Of a DNA stretch of 64,000 bases, positions 1 through 11,240 are shown piece after piece (the first letter of the stretch is position 1; each line of letters starts with the position of its first letter). Below the pieces are notes generated by a model. It did not search any database and was not told the origin of the DNA. It saw only the letters and a list, made by a program, of their open reading frames with translations. This stretch comes from Lama guanicoe. Lineage: Eukaryota. The stretch covers positions 297,422 through 361,421 of the forward strand of contig MU053432.1 of assembly GCA_013239625.1 (NCBI GenBank). The letters run 5' to 3'. Made by a program: the position numbers and the translations under genes.

Positions 1-119
1 CCTTAAATTTCGTGTCTGCTCCACACCAACCTCTTGGTTAGTCCCTATTTAGCTTTGGCTAGTCCCTCCCCACCCTCTATGTGGGCAAGGCTTCCACTGA
101 CAGGCCAGCATTCTCTGCT

Positions 120-297
120 ATGTCACTGTGGTTTCTACTCAGCACCCCAGTCTGGGGTCCCGGCTCCGTCCTCCTCACGGTGGTCCTCCTGCTTAGACTA
201 AGTGTGTGTATCTGGCATAAGTGTTATCTCTGGGACCTCCAGCACTGCTCCACAGACCTGACCGGGAAGACGGCAGTGGTGACTGGGGCCAACAGTG
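120..297 (+). pseudogene. SDR (RDH11-14/DHRS13-like) exon 1: N-terminal hydrophobic anchor and start of Rossmann motif
   Basis: ATG at 120 gives MSLWFLLSTPVWGPGSVLLTVVLLLRLSVCIW...DLTGKTAVVTGANSG; GTGAG donor at 298 splits the TGxxxGIG motif in phase 1. Confidence 0.85.
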
Positions 298-470
298 GTG
301 AGTGCTCATCCTGCCCTGTCACCTCACATGGGCCACAGCCTCCAACAGCCCCAACAGGGGGGGGCAGAGAGGGGGATCAGCACCCTCTCTCACACCCTTG
401 TCTCTCCCCTTGGTCCGCTGCCCTCTCCGCACTCCCCGGACCAGCCTTCTCTGAAGCTGCCCTCCCACAG

Positions 471-710
471 GCATCGGGAAGAGCGTGTCCCAGGAGCTGG
501 CCCGCCGCGGGGCGCGTGTGATCCTGGCCTGCCGCAGCCGTGAGTGTGGACAGCAAGCCCTGGCCGAGATACGAGCAGCCTCACAGAGCAACCAGCTCCT
601 GCTTGGTGAGGTGGACATGAGCTCGATGGCCTCCATCCGGAGCTTTGCTTAGTGGCTTCTGCGCGAGCATCCAGAGATACACCTGCTGGTTAACAATGCT
701 GCAGTCTGCG
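471..710 (+). pseudogene. SDR exon 2 with in-frame premature stop
   Basis: Acceptor cctcccacag (461-470); reads (G)IGKSVSQELARRGARVILACRSRECGQQALAEIRAASQSNQLLLGEVDMSSMASIRSFA*WLLREHPEIHLLVNNAAVC; TAG at 650-652; GT donor at 711. Confidence 0.88.
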
Positions 711-1006
711 GTGTGTGTCTTCACTTACTTCCCCTAAACGCATTTCAGGAGCCTCCTTTCTGGCTCAGGGACCCCAAATCAGGCATCCCCCAAGCCTAAA
801 CTGTATATCCTGTGGAAACACTCTTAATTCGGACACTGTCCTAAAAAGTCTACCTTAAGTTGTAGCTTCAGGCTTCACTGCCCCGATCTTGGCACATACA
901 TGCTCCTGTGGCTTTTCTACTGAACCCGCATATATCCTCCCCAGACATCATCTCCCTCAGGGTTGTCATTCTATCACCCACCACCTATGTTTTCATCTCC
1001 TCCCAA

Positions 1007-1096
1007 GATTGCCCACAACACGTACCCCAGAGGGCCTTGATGTCACCTTTGCCACCAACTACACTGGACCCTTTCTGCTCACAAATCTGCTCCAAG
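1007..1096 (+). pseudogene. SDR exon 3 (frame-preserving acceptor is AA, not AG)
   Basis: Reads LPTTRTPEGLDVTFATNYTGPFLLTNLLQ, matching the typical 'T.DG.E..F.VN.LG.FLLT.LL' RDH segment; GTAAG donor at 1097. Confidence 0.85.
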
Positions 1097-1529
1097 GTAA
1101 GGAAGGATGGGTGCTTATCTTCTGTGCGGCCCCTGTGTCTTCATTCCTCTGGCATTTTCATGGCTTACCGCCTCCCATGGCCGCCAGATGCTTGCTGAAC
1201 GATGCCTCAGTATACTTTTGCTGCACACAGCAGGAGAACCCACTTGGCAGCAGCCTGGATTAGGAGGCTGGTAATGGAATCAGTCAGCCCCAAATATGAG
1301 CAGCAAGAAGGTGTAAGATCTATGCAGGCCGCCTCCCCTTCCCCCAGGTTTGAGTACTAGCCCGACCAGGAGTCACTCATCTCAACAAAAGCTTTCTGAG
1401 GTCACTAGGCTGCTAGGATTAAGGACGGTCTCCCTGGGGAGGTGGAGGAGGGTGGCAGGTACATCCTCCCTAACAATGTTTTCTAGATGGTCTAATGACC
1501 TCTTAAAAAGCAAATTAATTTTTGGCCAG

Positions 1530-2330
1530 GTAATACACGTCCAAAGTACAAAATTGAAAGTGTGAAAGTATACAAAAGGATATGCAGAAAAAAAGGAAGA
1601 ATAGGAAAGGAAGAAGTCTCCTCCTCTCCTTGAAAAGCAGCTCCCCATCCCCCTCCTGGGGGGCAGCTGCCAGTGCCAGGGTCTCATGTTCCCTTTAGCG
1701 GGCAATTAAAGTAACCCCAACGGTAAAGTGCAGAAAGAGCAAGGTCAAACACGATGCATTTGCGAGTATAAATGTTTTTTTCCCCTTTCCAGCAAGCGGA
1801 ATATGCTACAACAGCCAGTCTGTGCCTTGCTTAATAATAGTTCCTTAAACTGTCTTCTCTCCTGTCTTCCCTCCTGCCACTAAATCACCGTTCATCATAC
1901 CACTGTCTTGCTTCAGGTCCTTTGAAGGTAGTCTACGCTTTATAGATATAAAAACTAAGCTGCTTCTCTCCACTTACAAGTCCCTCTGCAGACTGAGAGC
2001 CTCACCGTTGCCTTTCCCAAACCTACACTCTTGTCACCAGCCAGCTAATCTGTATCTCTTGGACCACACTCTGTTTTAATTCTGGCTGCACTTTTGCACA
2101 TCGGTTTTCCTTTATCTGGAATATCCCTTCCCATCCCTTTAAGGCAGAGTAGCTTTAGCTCAGCTGCCAACACTCAGCCCAGATACCGCTTGTGCTGTGG
2201 ACTCTGCCCTGACCCCTCTGCCTCCCCAGCTGCCCCCATTTTCAGGGCTCCCTTCGCCTCTGTGCCCGTCTCCGTTCCTGCACTGACGCTGCTGCATGAA
2301 GATCAGCCTCCAGCTTGGCTGTGAGCCCCT
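1530..2330. mobile_element. Ancient L1ME-like 3' fragment (~1530-1850) and L2-like fragment (~1860-2330)
   Basis: Degenerate similarity to recalled old L1 3' end and L2 motifs; boundaries rough. Confidence 0.45.
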
Positions 2331-3170
2331 TTGGCCTTTATGTCACTGTCTCTGAAAGTTTGGGGTTCATTGTCCTCTTTAAGAATAATTTTCTCTCCAA
2401 AAAGTTTTCGCTACATACCTCCTGCTCAACTTTTCATTTGTGATTCTTCCTTTAAATGTAGGCTCAAGACAGTCTTAGCATTTTGAAAGAATAAGTAAAC
2501 TCATAGGTGACAGCTAGTATCTTTCATACTTTATATAATCCGGAGTTCTTTCTTTTTATTAGAGTTAGATACTCTTTTTTTTCTTTTCCTTTTTTTAAGA
2601 TTTAACTTGTTCTCTTGAGAGTAATTATACTTTCCTTTTTTTTAAGGTAGTTCAAAAAAAATTTTAAAGCCCCACTTTTCCAAGTATTTCTGCATACGTT
2701 TCTTGTCCCCTAAACTTAGCACCCATATGTCCTTAGCAGGTAGCTTGTGTCTTTCATAGTCCAGGGGCCTAATGGATATAGTCCTGCGATGAATAAGTAA
2801 GTGACTGAATCTATGAATGTGTGAAAGACAGCTTTCACAGCGTTTCCAGTCTCTCCTTCCCTCTCTTAGCCGTCAGTGAGATAAAAACATGAACCAGGGT
2901 CAATTGCATTACCTCCAGCTGGCAGGTGAGAAGAGCAAGGCAAAACCCCACTTTAATTTTAGGAAAGGAAACCAAAAAACTCCCACAAAGACCGAAAAAC
3001 AAAACCCCCAAACAAAACAAAAGACACACTGAAATACAAGAGGAAAAGCGTGAGGAAAGCAGCTGGAACGGAAACGCAGCCTCTGGCACACCCAGCTCCC
3101 CGCGGCTCACCTGGGCGCCTGCGCGGGGGCCGCGCTCCTGACAGCCCAGGAGGGGCCCCGCCCCCCCGGG

Positions 3171-3945
3171 NNNNNNNNNNNNNNNNNNNNNNNNNNNNNN
3201 NNNNNNNNNNNNNNNNNNNNNNNNNNNNNNNNNNNNNNNNNNNNNNNNNNNNNNNNNNNNNNNNNNNNNNNNNNNNNNNNNNNNNNNNNNNNNNNNNNNN
3301 NNNNNNNNNNNNNNNNNNNNNNNNNNNNNNNNNNNNNNNNNNNNNNNNNNNNNNNNNNNNNNNNNNNNNNNNNNNNNNNNNNNNNNNNNNNNNNNNNNNN
3401 NNNNNNNNNNNNNNNNNNNNNNNNNNNNNNNNNNNNNNNNNNNNNNNNNNNNNNNNNNNNNNNNNNNNNNNNNNNNNNNNNNNNNNNNNNNNNNNNNNNN
3501 NNNNNNNNNNNNNNNNNNNNNNNNNNNNNNNNNNNNNNNNNNNNNNNNNNNNNNNNNNNNNNNNNNNNNNNNNNNNNNNNNNNNNNNNNNNNNNNNNNNN
3601 NNNNNNNNNNNNNNNNNNNNNNNNNNNNNNNNNNNNNNNNNNNNNNNNNNNNNNNNNNNNNNNNNNNNNNNNNNNNNNNNNNNNNNNNNNNNNNNNNNNN
3701 NNNNNNNNNNNNNNNNNNNNNNNNNNNNNNNNNNNNNNNNNNNNNNNNNNNNNNNNNNNNNNNNNNNNNNNNNNNNNNNNNNNNNNNNNNNNNNNNNNNN
3801 NNNNNNNNNNNNNNNNNNNNNNNNNNNNNNNNNNNNNNNNNNNNNNNNNNNNNNNNNNNNNNNNNNNNNNNNNNNNNNNNNNNNNNNNNNNNNNNNNNNN
3901 NNNNNNNNNNNNNNNNNNNNNNNNNNNNNNNNNNNNNNNNNNNNN
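3171..3945. other. Assembly gap (775 N)
   Basis: Run of N directly visible. Confidence 1.
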
Positions 3946-3969
3946 TCCCCCACCCCCGTGTCTCCGCAG

Positions 3970-4158
3970 AACATCAAACAGGGTGCAGTCCCAGTGCTCT
4001 ACCTGAGCTTGGCAAAGGAGCTAGATGGCATCTCTGGAAAACATTTTAGCAGTTCCGGTGTGATAACTCTTGCCCCTAAAGCTGCCCAAGATCCTCACGT
4101 TGCCCAAAGCCTCTGGGATACTTCAGCCCAACTAACAGATCTAGACAAGATGGACTGA
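3970..4158 (+). pseudogene. SDR terminal coding exon
   Basis: Pyrimidine tract plus CAG (to 3969); NIKQGAVPVLYLSLAKELDGISGKHFSSSGVITLAPKAAQDPHVAQSLWDTSAQLTDLDKMD*, resembling the RDH11/12/13 C-terminus (QGA...SG.HFS...A..LW..S..L). Confidence 0.85.
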
Positions 4159-4709
4159 CCTCTGTGACCCCTGCCCCGACTCGCCGCCTTCCCCCTGACT
4201 CCCAGCCCTCACTCGGATTATGTCTTCTGCCTGTCAGTTCCAAGGAACCATCAGGCACCTTGTTCGGTGTAATCGCCACTTCCTCTTCCTGTTGGCTCCA
4301 CGCATGAGAGCTCAGCTTAGCCTGGGGACAGCTCCAGCTTCTACTTCATAGTCAGTTCTCAGATGGAAGTGTTCATCTCTTGGACACTAGGATCTCCAAA
4401 CCTACCGAGCCCCGTGTTGTGGTGACGGGGGAGTAAAGGTCCTTCCGGTGGTCTATGAGGGTTCCTGGCTTTGGGGGAGGCAGCACCACATAGTGTCCTC
4501 TGGATGAAGGCATATACCACACGGCTGCAGGACAGCACCCCAGCTGCACAGGGTGTTGTCTCCCAGCTGGTATGGTAACTGCCCGGGTAATGGTTCCATC
4601 TTTCTGTGAAACCAGCTGCTGCTGGATGCTGAGTCATGTGATAAGGCAGGTGAATTCTCAGAGTGAGAGCCCACTGCTTCTTTTCTGGGGTCTTTGTTCA
4701 TCAGTAGAA

Positions 4710-4801
4710 GTTTTGTTTTTTTTAATGGTGGTGCTGGGGATTGAACCTAGGACCCTGTGCATGCTGAGCATGCTCTCTGCCACTGAGCTGTACCCTCCCC
4801 C
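4710..4801 (-). mobile_element. Camelid tRNA-derived SINE (Vic-1-like)
   Basis: Reverse complement of GGGGAGGGTA(C)AGCTCAGTGG.AGAG...GGTTCAATCCCCAG with A/B boxes and an A-rich tail. Confidence 0.9.
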
Positions 4802-4809
4802 TCATCAAC

Positions 4810-5450
4810 ATAAATTTTGGAATCAGTTTTTCAAATTTCACAGAAACAAATCCTTTAGGGATTTTGCTACATCTACTTGGCAGGATTGACGTTTTTATGA
4901 TAATGTGTTGTCCTAAAAATGAACAAGGTGTACTTATATCTATTTAAATCTTATTAATACCTTCATAAAATTTTGAATAATTTTATCAATAAAGATCGTG
5001 CATAAGTCTTAATATAGTTCCTTGCTTTTTATGCTATTGCACATGGTATTTTAAAATTCATATATTAATCATATATCAAACAAGTTTATTAAGGTTTCTA
5101 ATTCTAATAAGTTATCTGTAGATTCTTTTGGTTTTTCCACATAGAACATCACACCATCTAGGGATAATAACAGATTTCTTTCTTCCCTTTCAACTATTAT
5201 GAATCTTGTTTCTTTTCCCAGACCTTAATTGATTTTCTAGTATTAAACCAAACTTGCAACTTGCTTTTAACTTGGTCAGAGTATTACTTTCATATACATT
5301 GCTAAATTTAGTATGCTAGTGTTTTGGTTTGGAACTTTTTACTGCGTTCATAAATGAGACTGGCCTTTACTGCCCTTTCCCTTACTTGTATTGCCATTGC
5401 CTGGTTTTGCTGTCATGGATATATTCATTTTATAAAATGAATTTGTATTT
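4810..5450 (-). mobile_element. Old L1 ORF2 antisense fragments
   Basis: AT-rich L1M-type antisense motifs (e.g. tctgtagattcttttggtttttccacatag). Confidence 0.6.
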
Positions 5451-6051
5451 GTGTTCATCCAGGGACATCATATGAGAAGCAAATGTCAATAAATTGATAG
5501 GGGACATAGCTGTGAGGGAAAATGGGGAAGAAGCTGGGATAAGCTGGGGAAATCTGGGAGAAGCTGGGAGACCCACCAGACTGTGAGACAAGTCTGACCC
5601 TGAGTGAAGGAGAGGAGGCTGGGAAGGAGCTTCTTAGGGTGTGGTGCGGTAATTTTTCCATTTTAAACCTCCCTCTCTTGTTTTGAAAGTATACCATCTA
5701 TTTCTGCTCTTTATTGGTTAGTCTAAAAATTTTAACCTGTATGTTTAGTTTAACAGTGTCTTTAATCAATATCTTTATTTTTCTTTTAAATAATACATAG
5801 ATCCTAGAATTCTTCAAGAATAATTATTCCCTTTGAATTTGTATACTTTTGTAAGCTGATATTTTAATTTTCTTATTTCATTAATTTCGCAAATCAGGTA
5901 TTTTGTTATTCTCAGTAGCTGATATTTGCGTCGACTTACCCATGTGTTTCATATTTCCTCTGCTCAATCTTCTTTTTCTCAGATCTTCTGTCTGGGATTA
6001 TTTTCCTTCCATCTTCAAGTATATGCTTTAGAGGTTCCTTTGATGGGGATT

Positions 6052-7604
6052 CGTGGTAGACACTTCTAGGTGGCTCCCAAGGTCCCCGCCCCCTTGTGTG
6101 CACATTCTCCATAATCTCCTCCTCCTGAGTGTGCGGAGGCTCCTGAACACAATGGCAGTTCACTTCTGCGATTATGTTATGTATCTGGTAAAGGGGTTTG
6201 TTGATGTAATGAAAGCCAGAACCATTTGGCTGTGTGTGTGTGAGTGTGTGAGTGTGTGTGTGTGTATGTGTATGAACAATATTTTTTCATGTCTACCATA
6301 GTTTTCTTCAACTCTTTCTGTTACATGTTTCTGTGTTTGAGTTCCTCAAAGCTTTCCAAGGTTTGTGTCATTCATTAATTTATTCATTAAATCAATAAGC
6401 CATTTGCAGCAACATGGATGAACCTGGAGATCATCATTCTAAGTGAAGTAAGCTAGAAAGAGAAAGAAAAATACTATATGATATCACTCGTATGTGGAAT
6501 CTGAAAAAAAAAGAAAAAAGGGTACACTAATGAAGTCATCTACATAACAGAAACAGACTCTAAGAGATAGTAAACAATCTTAGGGTTACGGAAGTAGGGG
6601 GAAGGGGGTTGAAAGCGGTAAATTTGGGAGTCTGAGACTTGCAAATGATAGCCACTATATATAAAAAGGGGTAAGAAACAGATTTCTTCTACATAGCGCA
6701 GGGAACTATATTCAATATATTGTAATAACCTTTAGTGAAAAAGAATATGAAAACAAATATATGTATGCATGACTGAGACATTATGCTGTACGCCAGAAAT
6801 TGATACAGTATAATTGACTATACTTCAATAATTTTAAAAAAGTATCAGTTGTAACAAAATGAAGATGAATCTGTGCTCTTGGCCCACAATAAAATGCTCA
6901 TCAATTCTTTTAATAAATAAATAAATAAACGTGTTTGTGGTGTGTCAGCTGATCAAGACATCGTTCTATATGTTACTGTCCTACAGTGATGGATAAAATA
7001 GACAAGCATGCACAAAGTCAAGTGGTCTGTATTCTAGTGGAGTGAGAGGCATAATAAACACAAATATGTTGTAAGATTCCATAGGCATGAGTGCTGTGGA
7101 CACAAAAGAAGCAAGAAAGGAAAGAGGGAGTGCCATGATGAGGGGCTGGGGTTGAAATTTTAAATAGGTTGGCCAGGTAAAGACTCAAGAAACCAGTTGA
7201 CTTTGAGTTCATAAAAAGAAAAGCTATTTTGGGTGGACCAGACCTAATCAGGTGAGCCCTTTAAAAGGGTTCAGGCTTCCTCAGAAGTCGGAGAGTCTCC
7301 TGTTCACCTTGAAGAAGCACACTGCCCCGTTGTGGAGCAGCCACGGGGCCTCTGGTAGTCAGTTCAGTTCTTGCAAGGAGCAGAATTTTGTCAATAACCA
7401 GTGAGCTTGGAAGAGGACTAGGAGCCCAGGTGAGACTGCAGCCCTGAATGACACCTGGACTTCAGCCTGGTGAGATCTTGAGCAGAGGACACAGCTAACC
7501 TGTACCCAGACTCCTGACCCATAGAAACCATGAGACAACACATGTTTTCTTTTAAGCCACTGAGATTGTAATCATTTCTTATCCAGAAATAGGTCACAAA
7601 TACA
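6052..7604 (+). mobile_element. MaLR (MLT1E/F-like) LTR split into ~6052-6216 and ~7190-7604
   Basis: 5' half ends ...gatgtaatgaaagcc and resumes at aaccagttgactttgag...ctaatcaggtgagccctttaaaag, ending aataca, as in recalled MLT1 consensus. Confidence 0.7.
6399..6842 (+). mobile_element. L1 3' end (ORF2 tail + 3'UTR)
   Basis: gccatttgcagcaacatggatgaacctggag...tgactatacttcaata plus A-rich tail; same family as 18926 and 57357. Confidence 0.9.
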
Positions 7605-8568
7605 GCATCTAGTAATAGCAAACTCCTTCAGTTTTATTTGTGTGAAAATGTCTTTATTTCACCCTCATTTTTTAAGAATCATTTTGCTGGCAAAGGTTGA
7701 CAGTTATTGTCTCTTATTCTGTTGAAGATAGTATTTTTCGCCTCTGGCTTTCATCGTTGCTGTTGAGAAATCAGATACTAATCTAACAGTTACTTTGTGG
7801 GGAATCTGCTCTCTTGTTCCTTCTCTATACTTTAAATCCCCTTTTCTGTTTTTAAAAATAAATGAAACATATTCATTTTATATACTGTAACATTCCAATA
7901 TCTGTCATCTTTGCAGGTTTGAATAGTTTATGGCGGCTTGTTTCTTTGTGTGTTCAGTGACTTCGTACCCTCATGGTGCTTGGAGGTTTAGCTCTAGGAA
8001 TGATTAGATTCCTAGGATTAAGCTACTTTCCCCAGAGGAGTTTACATTTACTTTGGCCAGGTTTCCAGGAGTGCTGTACTGACTTGGACCACCTTAACTT
8101 ACATTTTTGTCTTGGAATTTTTGAGCCACTCACATGGTATACATTCTGCCCCCAAATTTGTGTGAATACAAACTTATTGTTTAGAATTATAAGTGAGGAC
8201 TCCCTCACCCCCACCCCGCTACAGCCAGAACTAAGGATGAGGTGAGCTTCTACCCTCACCGTCTCCCTCTGCAGGGCCCTTTTTCTGTTTGAAGTTCACT
8301 TTCTGGGGGGTGTTACTCTTTGAGTATCCAGGCTTTACATGTATGGGGAATACTTTTTCATGCCAACCTTCTCTACTCAACCCCAGATTTTGTCTTCTGC
8401 CCCTGTTTATGGCCTTGTAAGCCCTGGTTTCAGGCCCCCAGGGGCTGGCTTCACAAATGCTGGCTCTAGCTGTCACCTGTGCCTTGGGAATCATAATTTC
8501 ATATCTTCTCTCCCTTCTGAGGCTTTCCCTTCCTTTCCCACCAGTTCATTCAGACAACACAAATAAAC

Positions 8569-8570
<2 letters not shown>

Positions 8571-8606
<36 letters not shown>
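8571..8606. repeat. (GT)18 microsatellite
   Basis: Perfect dinucleotide run; an imperfect (TG)n also lies at ~6231-6273. Confidence 0.97.
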
Positions 8607-8608
<2 letters not shown>

Positions 8609-8859
8609 AATGTTGCATCCAGCGTTTATGGTTGCGCTGCATCAGGGGCAGTCTCTGTGATACTTAGTCCTCTGTGGTGCCAGGAATGGGAGCGTCCAAT
8701 GTTTGCCTTCCTTTCTCCTTCCTTCTCTCTTTCTTTTTTTGCATTTGGATAATCAATTGTCCCGGCACCATTTGTTGAATAGTGTGTCCTTTCCACACTG
8801 ATTAATAATGTAAATTTTGTCACATCAAAATTTCATGTGTATTCAACTGGAAACATAAA

Positions 8860-11240
8860 GAGGGAACCACAGCAGGATGGCAGGAGGGGCGTGCTCGCGG
8901 TATAAGTGGGCCCCATACCCCGGGGTGGGCGACCCACAAGCTGAAGATTTGTTAAGTCGCAGAGGCCCTCCCATAGGAGTGAGAGCTCTAAGCCCCACGT
9001 CAGGCTCCCCAGCCTGGGGTTCTGGCATTGGGAGGAGTAGGAGACCCTGGGATATCTGGCTTTGAAGGCCAGTGGGGCTTAACCCCAGGAGCCCACAGAA
9101 CTGGGGGAAACAGTTTGTTCTCTTGGGAAGCGTACACAGAATCTTGCATCCACTAGGTCCAAGGGCAGAGTCAGTGATTTTGAAGTGGGAGGAAAGGGGA
9201 CAGGGCACAATCATTGGAGGAATTACATAGCAAGTGAGGACAGGACAAGATGGCAGAAGATTTGACTTCCAGTTGACCTTGAGCCTCATGGTGCACCCAC
9301 AGATGCTGTGACAGTTTCCGGGCTGACCATATAAGGTCAAAAAGTGGGTGGGGGGGGGCATTTCCTGGAAAACCTCGACCGTCCCCCAGAGTAGTTGGAA
9401 TAATCCTCCTGCTCATTAGTACACGAAATAACCAAGCCCACAAAACCTAACAACTCCGCACCTCGTGGATGCTCTCTCTCTCTCTCTTGCCTTCTGATGT
9501 GGCCCACACTCTGTCTATGGAGTGTGTATCTCCTAAGCTGTCTTCCCTTCTGAGTCAGAGTGTCCACACCCAGACTATGGAGTGTGTATGTCTCTAAATA
9601 AACGTGCTTTCACTTTACCATGTCTTGCTCTTGAATTCTGTCCTGCACAAGGCAAGAACCTATTCTCCCCCAACAATTTCATAGGAACCTGTGTCAGAAC
9701 TGCCTGCTGGTTTTAGAAGTTCTGCTGTGGAGGTAGGGAGTGGCTGTGGCTTATGCTGAGGGCATAAAAGCTGGTGATGGACATTCCCGGAGTGTTCATC
9801 CACATGAGCTCTCCTGGAGGCTGACATTTTGATTGCGTCATTGGCACCAAGACCCACCCAACAGCCTGTAGGCTTAAGGGCTGGGAGGCCTCAGGCTAAA
9901 CAACTTACTGGGTGGGAACATAGCCCCACCCATCAGCAGACCTCCCAAGCCACAAACACCTCTAGACAGGGCCCTACCCACCAGAGGTCCAGGACCAAGC
10001 TTCACCCAGCAGTGGGCAGGCCCCAGCTCCTCCCGCCAGGAACCCTGCATAAGCCTGTAGTCCAGCCTCATCCACCAGGGGGCAGATATCAAAAGTAAGA
10101 AAATAACAACCCCAAAGCCTGTGGAAGAATGCACAAACAGGCCAGACTCTACACTGGGATGGGCTAGACCCTGGCCCTTGGGTGACAAGAGAGGAGTGTG
10201 CTGCTGGGACACATAGGACGTCTCCCAGAGGACCACTTCTCCAAGGTCAAGAAATGTAACTAACCTACCTAAAAATACAAATAGAAAGACAGACAATATG
10301 AGGCGGTGGAGGAATATCTCCCAGGCAAAGGCACAAGATAAAATCCCAGAAGAAATAACTGATGAGGAGATAGGCAATTTATGCGAGAAAGAGTTTAAAG
10401 TAATGATGGCCAAGATGCTCAGAGAACTCAAGAGTACAGATGCACAGAGTGAAGTTCTTAGTAGAGTTGGAAAATATAAAGAACACCCAAACAGAGTTGA
10501 AGAATAAAATCACTGAAATGAGTAACACTCTAGAAGGAACCAAGAATAGACTAAATGAGGCAAAAGAATGGATCAGTGAGCTAGAAGACAGATTAGTGGA
10601 AATCACTACTGCAGAACAGAAAAAAGAAAAAAGAATGAAAAGAAATGAGAATAGTTTAAGAGAACTCTGGGACAGCATGAAGCACCCTAATATTTGCATT
10701 ATAGGGGTCCCAGAAAGAGAAGAGAGAGAGAAATGACTGGAGAAAATTTTTTGAGAGATAATACCGAAAACTTCCCTAACTTCAGAAAGAAAACAGTCAC
10801 TCAAATCAAGGAAACTCAGAGAATTCCACACAGGATCAACCCAAAGAGGAACACACCAAGGCACATAGTAATCAAATTGACAAAAATTAAAGATAAAGAG
10901 AAAATACTAAAATTATCAAAAGAAAAGCAACAAATAACATCCAAGGGAACTCCTATTAAGTTATCAGCTGATTTTTCAGCAGAAACTCTACAGGCCATAA
11001 GGGAGTGGCATGATATAAAGTGATGAAAGGGGAAAACTTACAACTGAGAATACTCTATCCAGCAAGGCTCTCGTTCAGATTTGATGGAGAAATCAAAAGC
11101 CTCATAGATAAACAAAAGCAAAAAGAATTCAGCACCACCAAACCAGTTTTACAAATGTTAAAGCTTTTAAAGAACTTCTCTAGTCATCAAACCATAAGAA
11201 AAAAGAACAAAAAGAAGAAAGAGGGGAAAAAAGAACTACA
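8860..11240 (+). mobile_element. L1 5'UTR plus disrupted ORF1, 3'-truncated
   Basis: ORF1 pieces across frames from 10298 (MRRWRNISQ...KEFKVMM; ELEDRLVEI...NICIIGVPE; RINPKRNTPRHIVIKL; KLSADFSAETLQA.REW; RILYPARLSF); stops and frameshifts present. Confidence 0.92.
9181..9675 (+). mobile_element. Solo ERV1-class LTR inserted in the L1 5'UTR
   Basis: TG...CA termini, 4-bp TSD ATTT (9177-9180 / 9676-9679), AATAAA near 9597; L1 5'UTR resumes on either side. Confidence 0.82.

Noticed and set aside
81..521. 146-aa ORF as a standalone gene
   Set aside because: It is SDR exon 1 read through its intron; the real ATG is at 120 and the donor at 298.
2835..4006. Long ORFs of 380 and 318 aa
   Set aside because: Artefacts of translating through the N gap.
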